DNA of 36,653 nt from assembly GCA_964568195.1 (NCBI GenBank), contig CAZMPH010000005.1, positions 1-36,653 of the forward strand, in the 5' to 3' direction. Under the pieces are notes generated by a model, which was given only the letters and a program-made list of their open reading frames with translations, was not told where the DNA came from and made no database searches. Numbering within the stretch: the stretch's first letter is position 1; each line of letters opens with the position of its first letter. Source of the stretch: an uncultured Nitrospirales bacterium (GTDB lineage: Bacteria; Nitrospirota; Nitrospiria; Nitrospirales; NS-4). Positions 23,902 through 32,227 of this stretch are shown here, piece by piece. The translations under genes and the position numbers were made by a program.

Positions 23902-25482
23902 CTACAGGCGCACGAGTTTGATCGAAATGATGTTCTTGGAGGCGGTGACGGCACGGAGCACGTCCGTGGGCAGCGGCGCATCCACCCCCACGATGAGCAG
24001 AGCCTGCCCCCCTTTTTCTTCGCGCGAGCACTGCATGCGGGCGATATTGATCTGGTGCTCGCCGAGGATCTGGCCCACCTGGCCGATCACGCCGGGACGA
24101 TCGTAGTTCAGGATAAAGAGCATGTGTCCTTCCGGCACGATCTCCACGCGGAAATTATCCAACTGGACGATCCGGGGATCACGCCGGCCGTAGAGCGTCC
24201 CGGCGATCCGGCTGGTCTTCTTCTCGGCCTCCACCTGGATCGTAACCAGGCTGGTGAAGTCTCCCGCGTCGCTGCTCTTCACTTCCTTGACTTCGATCCC
24301 GCGCTCGCGGGCCACCACGGGCGCATTCACGTAGTTGATCGTTTCCTCCAGGATCGGCGTCAGAAGCCCTTTCAGCACCGCGATCGTGAGCGGCGCCACA
24401 TTGACGCCCGCGACCTCTCCTTTGTACTCGATCGTCACGCGTTCGATGCCGCCCTCGTACAGCTGGGAGTGCAGCAACCCCAGCTTCTCCGCGAGCGTGA
24501 TGTAGGGCTGCAGCCGCGGCAGCAGTTCGGCCGGCACCGACGGGATGTTGACGGCGCCTCGCGCGATCCCGCGCGTCAGATAGTCCACGATCTGCTCGGC
24601 GATCCCGACCGCTACGTTCTCCTGAGCTTCCGTGGTGGACGCGCCGATGTGCGGCGTGCAGATGAAGTTGTCCAGCGTCAGCAGCGAATGGGAGGGCTTG
24701 ACCGGCTCCTCTTCAAACACGTCGAAGGCGGCGCCCGCGACCTTCCCACTCTTCAGCGCCTCGTAGAGATCCTGCTCGTTGATGATCCCCCCGCGGGCGC
24801 AATTGATGATGCGCACGCCGTCCTTCATCGTCGCGATCGTCGCGCGGTTGATGATGTTCTGTGTTTCCGCCGTCAAGGGGGTGTGGACCGTGATGATGTC
24901 GGCGCGGCGGAACAGCTCGTGCAGGCCCATGATCTCGACGCCCATCTTGCGGGCCCGCTCTTCCGCGAGGTACGGGTCATAGGCGATCACGGTCATCGTG
25001 GCTCCCTGGGCCAGTTTCGCCAGGTGGCTTCCGATCTGGCCCATGCCGACGATGCCGAGGGTCTTGTTGTAGAGCTCCATGCCCATGAACCGCTCTTTTT
25101 CCCACTTGCCGGCCTTCATCGAGGCGGTCGCCTGCGGGATCTTGCGGGCCAGCGCGAAGATCATGGCCATGGTATGCTCGGCGGTCGTGACGGCATTGCC
25201 GCCCGGCGTGTTCATCACCACGATGCCGCGCTTGGTGGCGGCGGCGGTATCCACGTTGTCCAGGCCGGACCCTGCCCGTCCGATGATCCGGAGCCTGTCG
25301 GCGGCGGCAATCACCTCGGCCGTCACTTTCGTCGCGCTCCGGATGATCAGCCCTTCGTAGTTCTTGATCTCCCGCAGGAGCTCCTCCTGAGGCATCTTGG
25401 TCTTGACGTCCACGGTCAAGCCCGCCTTCTGGAGAATCTCGACCCCTTGCTTGGAGAGGCTGTCGCTGACCAGGATTTTCAT
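23902..25482 (-). CDS. serA: D-3-phosphoglycerate dehydrogenase, long form with a C-terminal ACT domain
   Basis: MKILVSDSLS, NTPGGNAVTTAEH, Rossmann motif LGIVGMGQIGSHLA, INCARGGII and TPHIGAST. The C-terminus has an ASB/ACT region (HMLFILNYDRPGVIGQVGQILGEHQINIARMQ). ATGA overlap with the upstream aminotransferase stop (25479..25482). Confidence 0.95.
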   Translation of the reverse strand: MKILVSDSLSKQGVEILQKAGLTVDVKTKMPQEELLREIKNYEGLIIRSATKVTAEVIAAADRLRIIGRAGSGLDNVDTAAATKRGIVVMNTPGGNAVTTAEHTMAMIFALARKIPQATASMKAGKWEKERFMGMELYNKTLGIVGMGQIGSHLAKLAQGATMTVIAYDPYLAEERARKMGVEIMGLHELFRRADIITVHTPLTAETQNIINRATIATMKDGVRIINCARGGIINEQDLYEALKSGKVAGAAFDVFEEEPVKPSHSLLTLDNFICTPHIGASTTEAQENVAVGIAEQIVDYLTRGIARGAVNIPSVPAELLPRLQPYITLAEKLGLLHSQLYEGGIERVTIEYKGEVAGVNVAPLTIAVLKGLLTPILEETINYVNAPVVARERGIEVKEVKSSDAGDFTSLVTIQVEAEKKTSRIAGTLYGRRDPRIVQLDNFRVEIVPEGHMLFILNYDRPGVIGQVGQILGEHQINIARMQCSREEKGGQALLIVGVDAPLPTDVLRAVTASKNIISIKLVRL

Positions 25483-26621
25483 TTTGCGAGCAAGAGCTCC
25501 TCGGCTTTCCCCACGCCCGACCCGAGCTTCACCGGGTGGCCGAGTCCTTTCAGCACCATCTCGGTGGCGGCAAGCGCCTGGATGACGTCAAAAGTGTCCA
25601 TGTAGCCCATGTGCGAGATCCGGAAGATCTTTCCCTTGAGGTGATCCTGCCCGCCTGCCGCCGTGATCCCGTACTGCTCGCGTAGATTCTTGTAAACCGC
25701 CTGGCCGTCCACGCCGGCCGGCGCTGAGACGACCGTGAGGGCATCGCTGGGGCTCTGCTTCGGGAAGAGCGCGAGGCCGGCCGCTTTCATGCCCTCCCGC
25801 ATCGCGTGGGCCATCCGGGCGTGGCGCGCGAAAACGTTGCCGAGGCCTTCGGCTTTCAGCATCTTCAGCACTTCTTTGAGTCCGACCATCAACGAGACAC
25901 CAGCCGTGTAGGCGGTCTGATTCTTCTGCTGGGCCTCCCGTTCCTTCTTGAAGTTGAAATAGAAGGCCGCGTTCTTGGCCTTGTCGGCCAGCCGCCAGGC
26001 CTTGTCGCTCACGCTCACGAAGGCCAGGCCCGGCGGCAGCATGAGCGCTTTCTGGGAGCCCGCCACCAGCACGTCGATCCCCCATTCATCGGTCCTCAGG
26101 TCGAACACCCCAAGGGCCGAGATGGCGTCCACCACTAGAATCGTGTTTTCACGGGACCGCACGATCTCGGCGATCGCACGGGTATCGTGGGCCACACCGG
26201 TGGACGTCTCGCTCGCCTGCACATAGACCGCCTTGATGGCGGGATCCTTCTTCAGGGCATCGGCCACCGCTTGGGGATCGACCGCCTCGCCCCATTCGAC
26301 TTTGATCTCAATTCCGTTGACCCCGAACGTCTTGCAGAGCTTTCCCCAACGCTCGCCGAACTTGCCGCCGTTGACGTACACGGCCTTATCGCCCGGCGAA
26401 AGGAAGTTGGACACCGCCCCTTCCATGGCGCCGGTCCCCGATGCGACCAGCGTCAGCACGTCATAACGGGTCTGGAAGAGCCATTTGAGGTCATCCCGAA
26501 GTTCCGCGAACATGGCGGCAAATTCGGGCGCCCGGTGGTGGACGATCGGCCTGGCCATGGCCAGCAGGACTTCGGGAGGAACTTGGGTCGGCCCTGGCGC
26601 CAACAGGTACCGTTTCAGCAT
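25479..26621 (-). CDS. Class V pyridoxal-phosphate aminotransferase (serine-glyoxylate / alanine-glyoxylate type); probably acts as phosphoserine aminotransferase with serA
   Basis: LLAPGPTQVPPEVL, SGTGAMEGAV, VDAISALG, and the PLP-lysine motif GSQKALMLPPG. It is translationally coupled to serA. SD AAGGAG lies upstream of ATG 26621. Confidence 0.85.
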   Translation of the reverse strand: MLKRYLLAPGPTQVPPEVLLAMARPIVHHRAPEFAAMFAELRDDLKWLFQTRYDVLTLVASGTGAMEGAVSNFLSPGDKAVYVNGGKFGERWGKLCKTFGVNGIEIKVEWGEAVDPQAVADALKKDPAIKAVYVQASETSTGVAHDTRAIAEIVRSRENTILVVDAISALGVFDLRTDEWGIDVLVAGSQKALMLPPGLAFVSVSDKAWRLADKAKNAAFYFNFKKEREAQQKNQTAYTAGVSLMVGLKEVLKMLKAEGLGNVFARHARMAHAMREGMKAAGLALFPKQSPSDALTVVSAPAGVDGQAVYKNLREQYGITAAGGQDHLKGKIFRISHMGYMDTFDVIQALAATEMVLKGLGHPVKLGSGVGKAEELLLAK

Positions 26622-26835
26622 GCCGCGACTCTCCTTATTGCAGGATTGCAGGGAAATTTCTCGATGGCTGAATGCTCGGCCACGCTACCATACGGTCGGA
26701 AACGTGTCAAGGTGACCAAACGGCCTAAGTGAGTGGGAAATCAGTCGTTTGGAGCGCGATGAGGGCTGTGAAGAGCCTCTCTGACTTGCTTTCAGCGGGC
26801 TCTTCGTCTACAGTGAATGATTTGCGGAGGATCCC

Positions 26836-28143
26836 ATGTTCGTGCGCATCCGGATGATCGCTCTCTGTGCGGGCGGCCTGGCCTCGGCCATCCTTGCGGC
26901 CGATGGGTGGGCTGGGCCTTCCGACCGGTACCGTTTGGACGAGACCTTCCGGCTCAGTTCATCCGCCGACGAGCCGCTCAAGGGAACGTTCTACCCGGTC
27001 CCGCTGAGTGCCACATTCGCTTTGGTCGAGGCCTCCGGCCCGCCCACGAGACTCGATTTCTCGATCCGAGCAGTGGCCCAACCGGCCGAGGCCATACCCG
27101 AAGCGTCCCTTGCTGAAGAGCTGCCTCTTGCGGCATCCGACACGTCTGTGACCCTGGATTTTGATGTCCCGATCATCAGGACCGCGAAGGTGGACAAGCA
27201 CGTGCGGTTTTTCTCGTTCCACATTCGCGACCGATTTGAAATCTGGCTGGGCCGTCTGGAGCGTCACCGGCCGATGGTGGAGCGGATCTTTACGGAATTC
27301 AACCTGCCCGTCGATCTGGTCTTCCTGTCCCTGGTGGAAAGCGGGTTCAGCACGAACGCCGTCTCCCGCTCAAAAGCAGTCGGACCGTGGCAGTTCATCA
27401 AGTCAACGGCCAAAGCCTACGACCTTCGGGTGGACAACTGGATCGACGAGCGGAGGGATCCCGTGAAGTCCACGATTGCCGCCGCCCGATACCTTCGGGA
27501 CCTGTACCAACTCTTCGGATCGTGGCCTTTGGCCATGGCAGCCTACAATGCGGGAGAGCGGAAGGTCGGACGCGCGCTCGTCCGCGCACGAGCCGACGAC
27601 TTCTGGGATCTCACCGACACCAAGCTATTAAAAAGAGAAACGAAGGAGTACGTGCCTCGGTTCCTGGCCGCCGCTCTGATCGCCAAAGACCCGAGTCGCT
27701 TCGGGTTCACCATTCCACCCCAGACTCCCGTGGAATACGAGGAAGTGGTCCTCACCCACCCACTCCACTTGCGAGCGGCGGCCAAGGCTGCGGGTGTTTC
27801 CTACGAGGAGCTGAAGGCGCTCAATCCGGAACTCCGCAAAGGCCTGACCCCGCCGGATCCCATGTACCATCTGAAGATGCCGATGGGCAGCAAGGAGACC
27901 CTGCTCAGCAACCTCGGGACCTATCAGGACTGGAAGCAGGTCCATGCCAGGCGCTATCAGGTCCGCCGCGGCGATACCTGGACCCTGCTGACCTCCCGGC
28001 ACGGAACCACTGTCACGGCGATTCTCGAAGCCAACGCCTTGGACAAATCCGACAAACCCAAGCCGGGCGAGTGGTTGCTCGTCCCCCAGGCGAGCAAACC
28101 CGCAACCGACACGCCTCACGCGTCCGTCAAAGCATCTCGCTGA
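26836..28143 (+). CDS. Membrane-bound lytic murein transglycosylase, MltD-like, with a C-terminal LysM domain
   Basis: Signal peptide MFVRIRMIALCAGGLASAILAA. SLT catalytic region in LVFLSLVESGFSTNAVSRSKAVGPWQFIKSTAKAY...AAYNAGERKV (catalytic Glu in the VES motif). LysM in YQVRRGDTWTLLTSRHGTTVTAILEANAL. GGAGG lies 5 nt upstream of the ATG. Confidence 0.85.
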   Translation: MFVRIRMIALCAGGLASAILAADGWAGPSDRYRLDETFRLSSSADEPLKGTFYPVPLSATFALVEASGPPTRLDFSIRAVAQPAEAIPEASLAEELPLAASDTSVTLDFDVPIIRTAKVDKHVRFFSFHIRDRFEIWLGRLERHRPMVERIFTEFNLPVDLVFLSLVESGFSTNAVSRSKAVGPWQFIKSTAKAYDLRVDNWIDERRDPVKSTIAAARYLRDLYQLFGSWPLAMAAYNAGERKVGRALVRARADDFWDLTDTKLLKRETKEYVPRFLAAALIAKDPSRFGFTIPPQTPVEYEEVVLTHPLHLRAAAKAAGVSYEELKALNPELRKGLTPPDPMYHLKMPMGSKETLLSNLGTYQDWKQVHARRYQVRRGDTWTLLTSRHGTTVTAILEANALDKSDKPKPGEWLLVPQASKPATDTPHASVKASR

Positions 28144-28145
28144 AA

Positions 28146-28913
28146 CTATTTGGAAGGAGCCGCGGGAGGCGCCGAAGGCACGGCCGGTGGCGGAGCGGCT
28201 TTGCGCGCGTCGAGGGTCTTGATCCGCACGGTGGCTTCCGCCGCAAAGGGCGATGAGGGATGATTTTTCACGATTTCCTGGTAGTGAGCCAGCGCACCTT
28301 CCGGACGTTTCAGGATCTCATCGATTTTGCCGAGTTCGAACAAGGCCTGATCCCTGTTGGGCGCGCCGTTGATCTGCACGACGGCGGCAAACGTCTTTTC
28401 CGCCTCTTCGACCTTCCCCTGAGCCAGTTGGGCATAGGCTAGACGCTGGTAGACCAGCGGAACCAAGGACCGGTGGGTCCCGTAGCGGGCGAGAAAATCC
28501 TGGTAGGCCTTGACGGCGCCCTCCCAGTCCTTCAGATCGCTGAGGGTATTCCCTAGGAGATAGACGGCCTGGGGTGCGACCGTGCTGCGGGGAAAATCAG
28601 CCAGAATTTTACGAAAGATTTCGACCGCCTTTTGCGACTCCTCGGGCTGCTGAGCCGGAGGCGGGCCTCCCATGAAGGATCGCTCAGACGCACTGCGCGT
28701 CGCCTTGTGCAACAAATCGGCGGCTGCGCGTTCATCCTGCTGCCGCATCCAGAGAAATCCGCCGACGGCGGCGGCGGCAATGACTGCTACGGCTATCCCG
28801 GCGAGAAGCCATCGCATACTCGCGCGCGCCTGCCGGGCGGCTTGTCCGACTGAATCGACCAGGTGGGCCGGATCGGTAGTCGTCTCCTTACGATTTTTCT
28901 TGATCTTGAACAT
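28146..28913 (-). CDS. Membrane-anchored TPR protein (YbgF/YfgM-like repeats) with a Pro/Ala-rich C-terminus
   Basis: An N-terminal basic segment, then a TM span (WLLAGIAVAVIAAAAVGGFLW). Repeats have the ...FP.S..AP.A.Y.LG signature (ADFPRSTVAPQAVYLLGN; KNHPSSPFAAEATVRI). Family assignment is by eye. Confidence 0.65.
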   Translation of the reverse strand: MFKIKKNRKETTTDPAHLVDSVGQAARQARASMRWLLAGIAVAVIAAAAVGGFLWMRQQDERAAADLLHKATRSASERSFMGGPPPAQQPEESQKAVEIFRKILADFPRSTVAPQAVYLLGNTLSDLKDWEGAVKAYQDFLARYGTHRSLVPLVYQRLAYAQLAQGKVEEAEKTFAAVVQINGAPNRDQALFELGKIDEILKRPEGALAHYQEIVKNHPSSPFAAEATVRIKTLDARKAAPPPAVPSAPPAAPSK

Positions 28914-29007
28914 TTCGTAACTTTGACGGGCTCCAACCGCGGTTCCTTATACGCAAGGCCTCCAGTAAATGTCAAACAACCGGCGGCGCCATCCCTCCAG
29001 TTTGCGC

Positions 29008-29036
29008 TTGCCTCTTCGCCAGCCTGCGCCTAGAAT
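29008..29036 (+). promoter_or_regulatory. Candidate sigma-70 promoter (TTGCCT-17-TAGAAT) for the methyltransferase / YfhO operon
   Basis: -35 TTGCCT at 29008..29013, a 17-nt spacer, and -10 TAGAAT at 29031..29036. The GTG at 29048 is only 11 nt downstream of the -10 element and no SD is visible, so the transcript could be nearly leaderless. Alternatively, translation starts at ATG 29066. Confidence 0.4.
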
Positions 29037-29047
29037 CCTTCCCCAAC

Positions 29048-29812
29048 GTGCAGACGCCGACGCCCATGACTGAATGCGAGCGCTTGACGGAAATCCTGCT
29101 GAGCCTGGATAAGATCGAGAAGTACTACCAGTGGATCGGCGAGGAAGCCCACCCGTTCCTCGGAGACCGCCTCGTGGAAATCGGCGCCGGCATCGGCACA
29201 TTCACCAACGTGCTCGTGCGCGGCCACGTATCACGCTGCCCGACCGTCCGGCTGGCCGTCTTCGAACCGGAACGCACTCTTTTCCGGTTGTTGCAGGAGC
29301 GAATGGAGCACAGGTACCCGGAGCTGCTGCGTGCAGGCCGCGTGGTCGCAACCAACGGATATTTTCACGCGCCTCCCGAACAGTTCGACACCGTCGTCAT
29401 GATCAACGTCCTGGAGCACATCGAGGATGATCAGGACGCGATCCGTGCGGCGTATCACGCGCTGGCTCCGGGAGGCGCCTGCATCGTCTTCGTGCCGGCC
29501 CTCTCCTGGCTTTACAGCGCGCTGGACCGGTCGGTCGGCCATTATCGGCGATATGAGCGGACGCAGTTGGAACAGATCATGCGGGCAGGCGGATTCGAAG
29601 TCGTCGCGGCAAAATATATGGACTGCCTGGGAGTGCTGCCTTGGTACCTGCTGAACGTCATCGGCGGTTCCACATCCATCAATCCTCGCCTGGCACGCTT
29701 CTACGACAGGTGGTTCGTTCCGGTCACGCGATGGATCGAGCAATTTGGGCCTCCACGGATCGGAAAAAACATTCTGATCGTGGCGCGCAAGAATGCTCCG
29801 AACGCGCCGTAG
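29048..29812 (+). CDS. Class I SAM-dependent methyltransferase
   Basis: Motif I in LVEIGAGIGTFTNVL, then FDTVVMINVLEHIEDD and LAPGGACIVFVPAL. GTG start at 29048, with an alternative ATG at 29066. The stop lies 3 nt before the first YfhO-family gene. Confidence 0.8.
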   Translation: MQTPTPMTECERLTEILLSLDKIEKYYQWIGEEAHPFLGDRLVEIGAGIGTFTNVLVRGHVSRCPTVRLAVFEPERTLFRLLQERMEHRYPELLRAGRVVATNGYFHAPPEQFDTVVMINVLEHIEDDQDAIRAAYHALAPGGACIVFVPALSWLYSALDRSVGHYRRYERTQLEQIMRAGGFEVVAAKYMDCLGVLPWYLLNVIGGSTSINPRLARFYDRWFVPVTRWIEQFGPPRIGKNILIVARKNAPNAP

Positions 29813-29815
29813 CGC

Positions 29816-32227
29816 ATGATGGGATTGCAGATGTCCGCCCCGACCATGCCCGCGCCTGAGACCAGCCCAACCCCTTCAAACGCATTCCTCGCGCGGGTCC
29901 GATCGTCCCGATGGCTGCCGATCGCCGTGCTCGCCGCTGTCGTCCTGGCGTTCTACCACGGGCTCTGGTGGCCGGGCCTGGCGCTCGTCAAGCGCGACGC
30001 CCTGCGCTTCTTTCTTCCGATCAAGCAGTATCTCGTCGAGCGGCTCTCGGCCGGCGAGTTGCCGGAATGGTTTCCCTATGATGCGCTGGGCCGTCCGTTC
30101 ATCGGCGCCACCCACACCGGCGTCTTTCATCCCTTCACGGCACTCTATTTCCTCCTGCCCACGCATGACGCTTATCGCGTCTCGATTCTGCTGTCCTGCC
30201 TGTTGGCGGCACTCGGCGCCTTTACTCTGGGACGTCTCCTGCGCTTTTCACGAACCGGCGCCCTGCTTGCCGGTCTTGCCTTTGCGCTGTCGGGCTACAT
30301 CGTCTCGCTCACCGAGAACATTCAATACCTGTATCCAATCTGCATGTTGCCGTTCTTTTGCGCCGCGCTCGAGAAGACCCTGACGGCGCAGCGCGCCTGG
30401 GTGGTCGCCCCCGCGCTGATCTGGGCGACGGTGTTTCTCAACGGCGACATCCAAACCGGGTACTACTACGGCTTCATTGCGCTGGCCTGGACGAGCGCGC
30501 GAGCCCCGTATTCTCTGCGCGAAGCTTGGCTCCGCCTGGCGCTCACGGGAGGCCTGGCGATTCTACTGGCAGGGATACAGCTTGGCCCGTCATGGACGGT
30601 CTTTATCGGCAGTGAGCGCACGCGCCCGGACGCCTACCTCGAACAGGCTCTGTTCTGGTCCACCCATCCCCTGCGCCTGCTCACGGTCCTGGCCGCACCA
30701 GTGGCCGAGCACGAGAGCCCGGTACTCGTGGCCCGCACGTTCTTTGGTATTCCGGCTGCAGGCTTCCTGGTGGACAGTCTTTACCTCGGCGTCCCGGTGG
30801 TGGGCTTGGCCCTGCTCGGCACCTGGATTCGCCGGGACTTGCGGGTGTTGGCCCTCCTGGGCGGCATTGCCCTCGTTCTCGCGCTTGGCCGGTACGGCGG
30901 CCTCTACGAGCTGTTCTACCACGTGGTGCCTCTCTGGTCGGCGTTCCGCTTCCCGGAGAAGTTCATGGGCGTGGTCTCGTTCGCCGCCGCCATGCTGGCA
31001 GGCGCCGGTCTCGATGCGCTGCGCGAAAGAAACAACCCACTGGTCCCCTGGCTGGCCATGGCGATGCTGTGCACGACCGCCGGATTCGTGCTGCAGACCG
31101 AGGCCGCCGCCGGATGGACGGCAGCGCACTTCGGCGCCTCGCCGGGTCTAGCACACGACGCCACCAGTTCCACCGCCCGCGCCCTTCACTACAGCGGCGC
31201 TGCGACTCTGTGCGTATGGCTTCTCGCGTATGGGATGCGCCTGCAAGCCCTGCGGGAGACGGTCGCGTTGCCCCTTCTGATCCTGCTCGTTGTGCTCGAC
31301 CTGGGCCGCGCCAACCTCGGGGCCTACCACACCGGACCCTCTGAGGCCGCCACGTTCGTGCCGCCCCTCGTCGAGGCGGTCAAGGCCCAGGAGGGAACCC
31401 TGGCGCCCGGACGGTTTCGTCTGGTCTCCACCTTCGAACATGTCCTCGTATGGCCGGAAGACCTCCTGCAACCGTTGGGCTTCCACGGCGCCGGATCGGT
31501 GGAGCGCCGTCAGGCCCTCGATCTGGAATACAACGCGACGTTCCACCTCGAAAGCGTCATGCCTTATCTGGCCGGGTACAGCACCCAACTGGCCGAGACC
31601 CTGAACCAGCGGATGGCGTTCGCAGCCGCGGCTCGTTTCAATGTGGTCTATTACGTCGGTCGGCGCTATCGCCTGAAGGGGCCGCGGCTCGCCCCCATGC
31701 TAGTGGCTCAACTCCCGCCTTACGACCTCGCGCTCTTCCGCAACCCGGTCCCCGCCAAACCACGCGCGTATCTGTCGTGGCGACCGGAACGGGCCGAAAA
31801 ACCGGTCGAACCTGCGGCCCTGTTCGCAAGGCCGGATTTCCTGAGCGGCGATGTGGATGTGATCGAAACGTCGGACCGGACGCTGCCAGGCCCCGCGACA
31901 GGGGGGCACGCGCGAATCGAGCGCTACGCCCCGGAAGAAGTCCGAGTCAGCGTGGAGACCCCGCAACCGGCTGTTCTGCTTCTGTTGGATTCCTTCGTCA
32001 AGGGATGGCTGGCGACCCTCGAGAGCGGCGTCGAACTCCCCATCATGCGGGCCAACGTACTGGTGCGCGCAGTGGTCGTGCCGGCCGGCACGCACGTCGT
32101 CACGTTCTCCTACCCTACTCCGCTGCTTGTGGCCGGGGCTGGGGCATCCTCGGCAGGCTTGCTCATTTGCGCCGGCCTCGTCATCCAGGCCAGACGGGGA
32201 ACAGGCCGGCTCGCGAGCCGCCCATGA
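29816..32227 (+). CDS. YfhO-family polytopic membrane protein (GT-C-like glycosyltransferase), paralog 1, 803 aa
   Basis: N-terminal signature KRDALRFFLPIKQYLVERLSAGELPEWFPYDALGRPFIGATHTGVFHPF. Many TM spans. The C-terminal beta-rich part, LLLLDSFVKGWLATLESGVELPIMRANVLVRAVVVPAGTHVVTFSYPTP, matches the characteristic YfhO tail pattern (..GW.A.vdG..v.i.ran..frgv.vpaG.H.V.f.Y.P). Confidence 0.8.
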   Translation: MMGLQMSAPTMPAPETSPTPSNAFLARVRSSRWLPIAVLAAVVLAFYHGLWWPGLALVKRDALRFFLPIKQYLVERLSAGELPEWFPYDALGRPFIGATHTGVFHPFTALYFLLPTHDAYRVSILLSCLLAALGAFTLGRLLRFSRTGALLAGLAFALSGYIVSLTENIQYLYPICMLPFFCAALEKTLTAQRAWVVAPALIWATVFLNGDIQTGYYYGFIALAWTSARAPYSLREAWLRLALTGGLAILLAGIQLGPSWTVFIGSERTRPDAYLEQALFWSTHPLRLLTVLAAPVAEHESPVLVARTFFGIPAAGFLVDSLYLGVPVVGLALLGTWIRRDLRVLALLGGIALVLALGRYGGLYELFYHVVPLWSAFRFPEKFMGVVSFAAAMLAGAGLDALRERNNPLVPWLAMAMLCTTAGFVLQTEAAAGWTAAHFGASPGLAHDATSSTARALHYSGAATLCVWLLAYGMRLQALRETVALPLLILLVVLDLGRANLGAYHTGPSEAATFVPPLVEAVKAQEGTLAPGRFRLVSTFEHVLVWPEDLLQPLGFHGAGSVERRQALDLEYNATFHLESVMPYLAGYSTQLAETLNQRMAFAAAARFNVVYYVGRRYRLKGPRLAPMLVAQLPPYDLALFRNPVPAKPRAYLSWRPERAEKPVEPAALFARPDFLSGDVDVIETSDRTLPGPATGGHARIERYAPEEVRVSVETPQPAVLLLLDSFVKGWLATLESGVELPIMRANVLVRAVVVPAGTHVVTFSYPTPLLVAGAGASSAGLLICAGLVIQARRGTGRLASRP
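31010..31111 (+). repeat. 102-nt tract nearly identical to 35769..35870 (copy A, inside YfhO paralog 1)
   Basis: Hand alignment at a constant offset of 4759 nt gives 101/102 identical bases, with the single mismatch at 31075 (g versus a at 35834). It encodes LDALRERNNPLVPWLAMAMLCTTAGFVLQTEAAA in both paralogs. Confidence 0.85.

Noticed and set aside
22972-25605. An 877-aa plus-strand ORF, the second-longest in the track.
   Set aside because: It lies antisense to hisZ, serA and the end of the aminotransferase gene, all of which have unmistakable family motifs. Its product is Arg/Gly/His/Pro-rich low-complexity sequence with no recognisable motif. Long antisense ORFs of this kind are typical of high-GC DNA.
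31450-32223. The 258-aa N-terminal extension of the 1051-aa ORF (31450..34605).
   Set aside because: It overlaps the well-supported 3' end of YfhO paralog 1 in another frame, and it is Arg/Pro/Gly-rich. The homology to paralogs 1 and 3 begins only after ATG 32224, which forms an ATGA overlap with the preceding stop.
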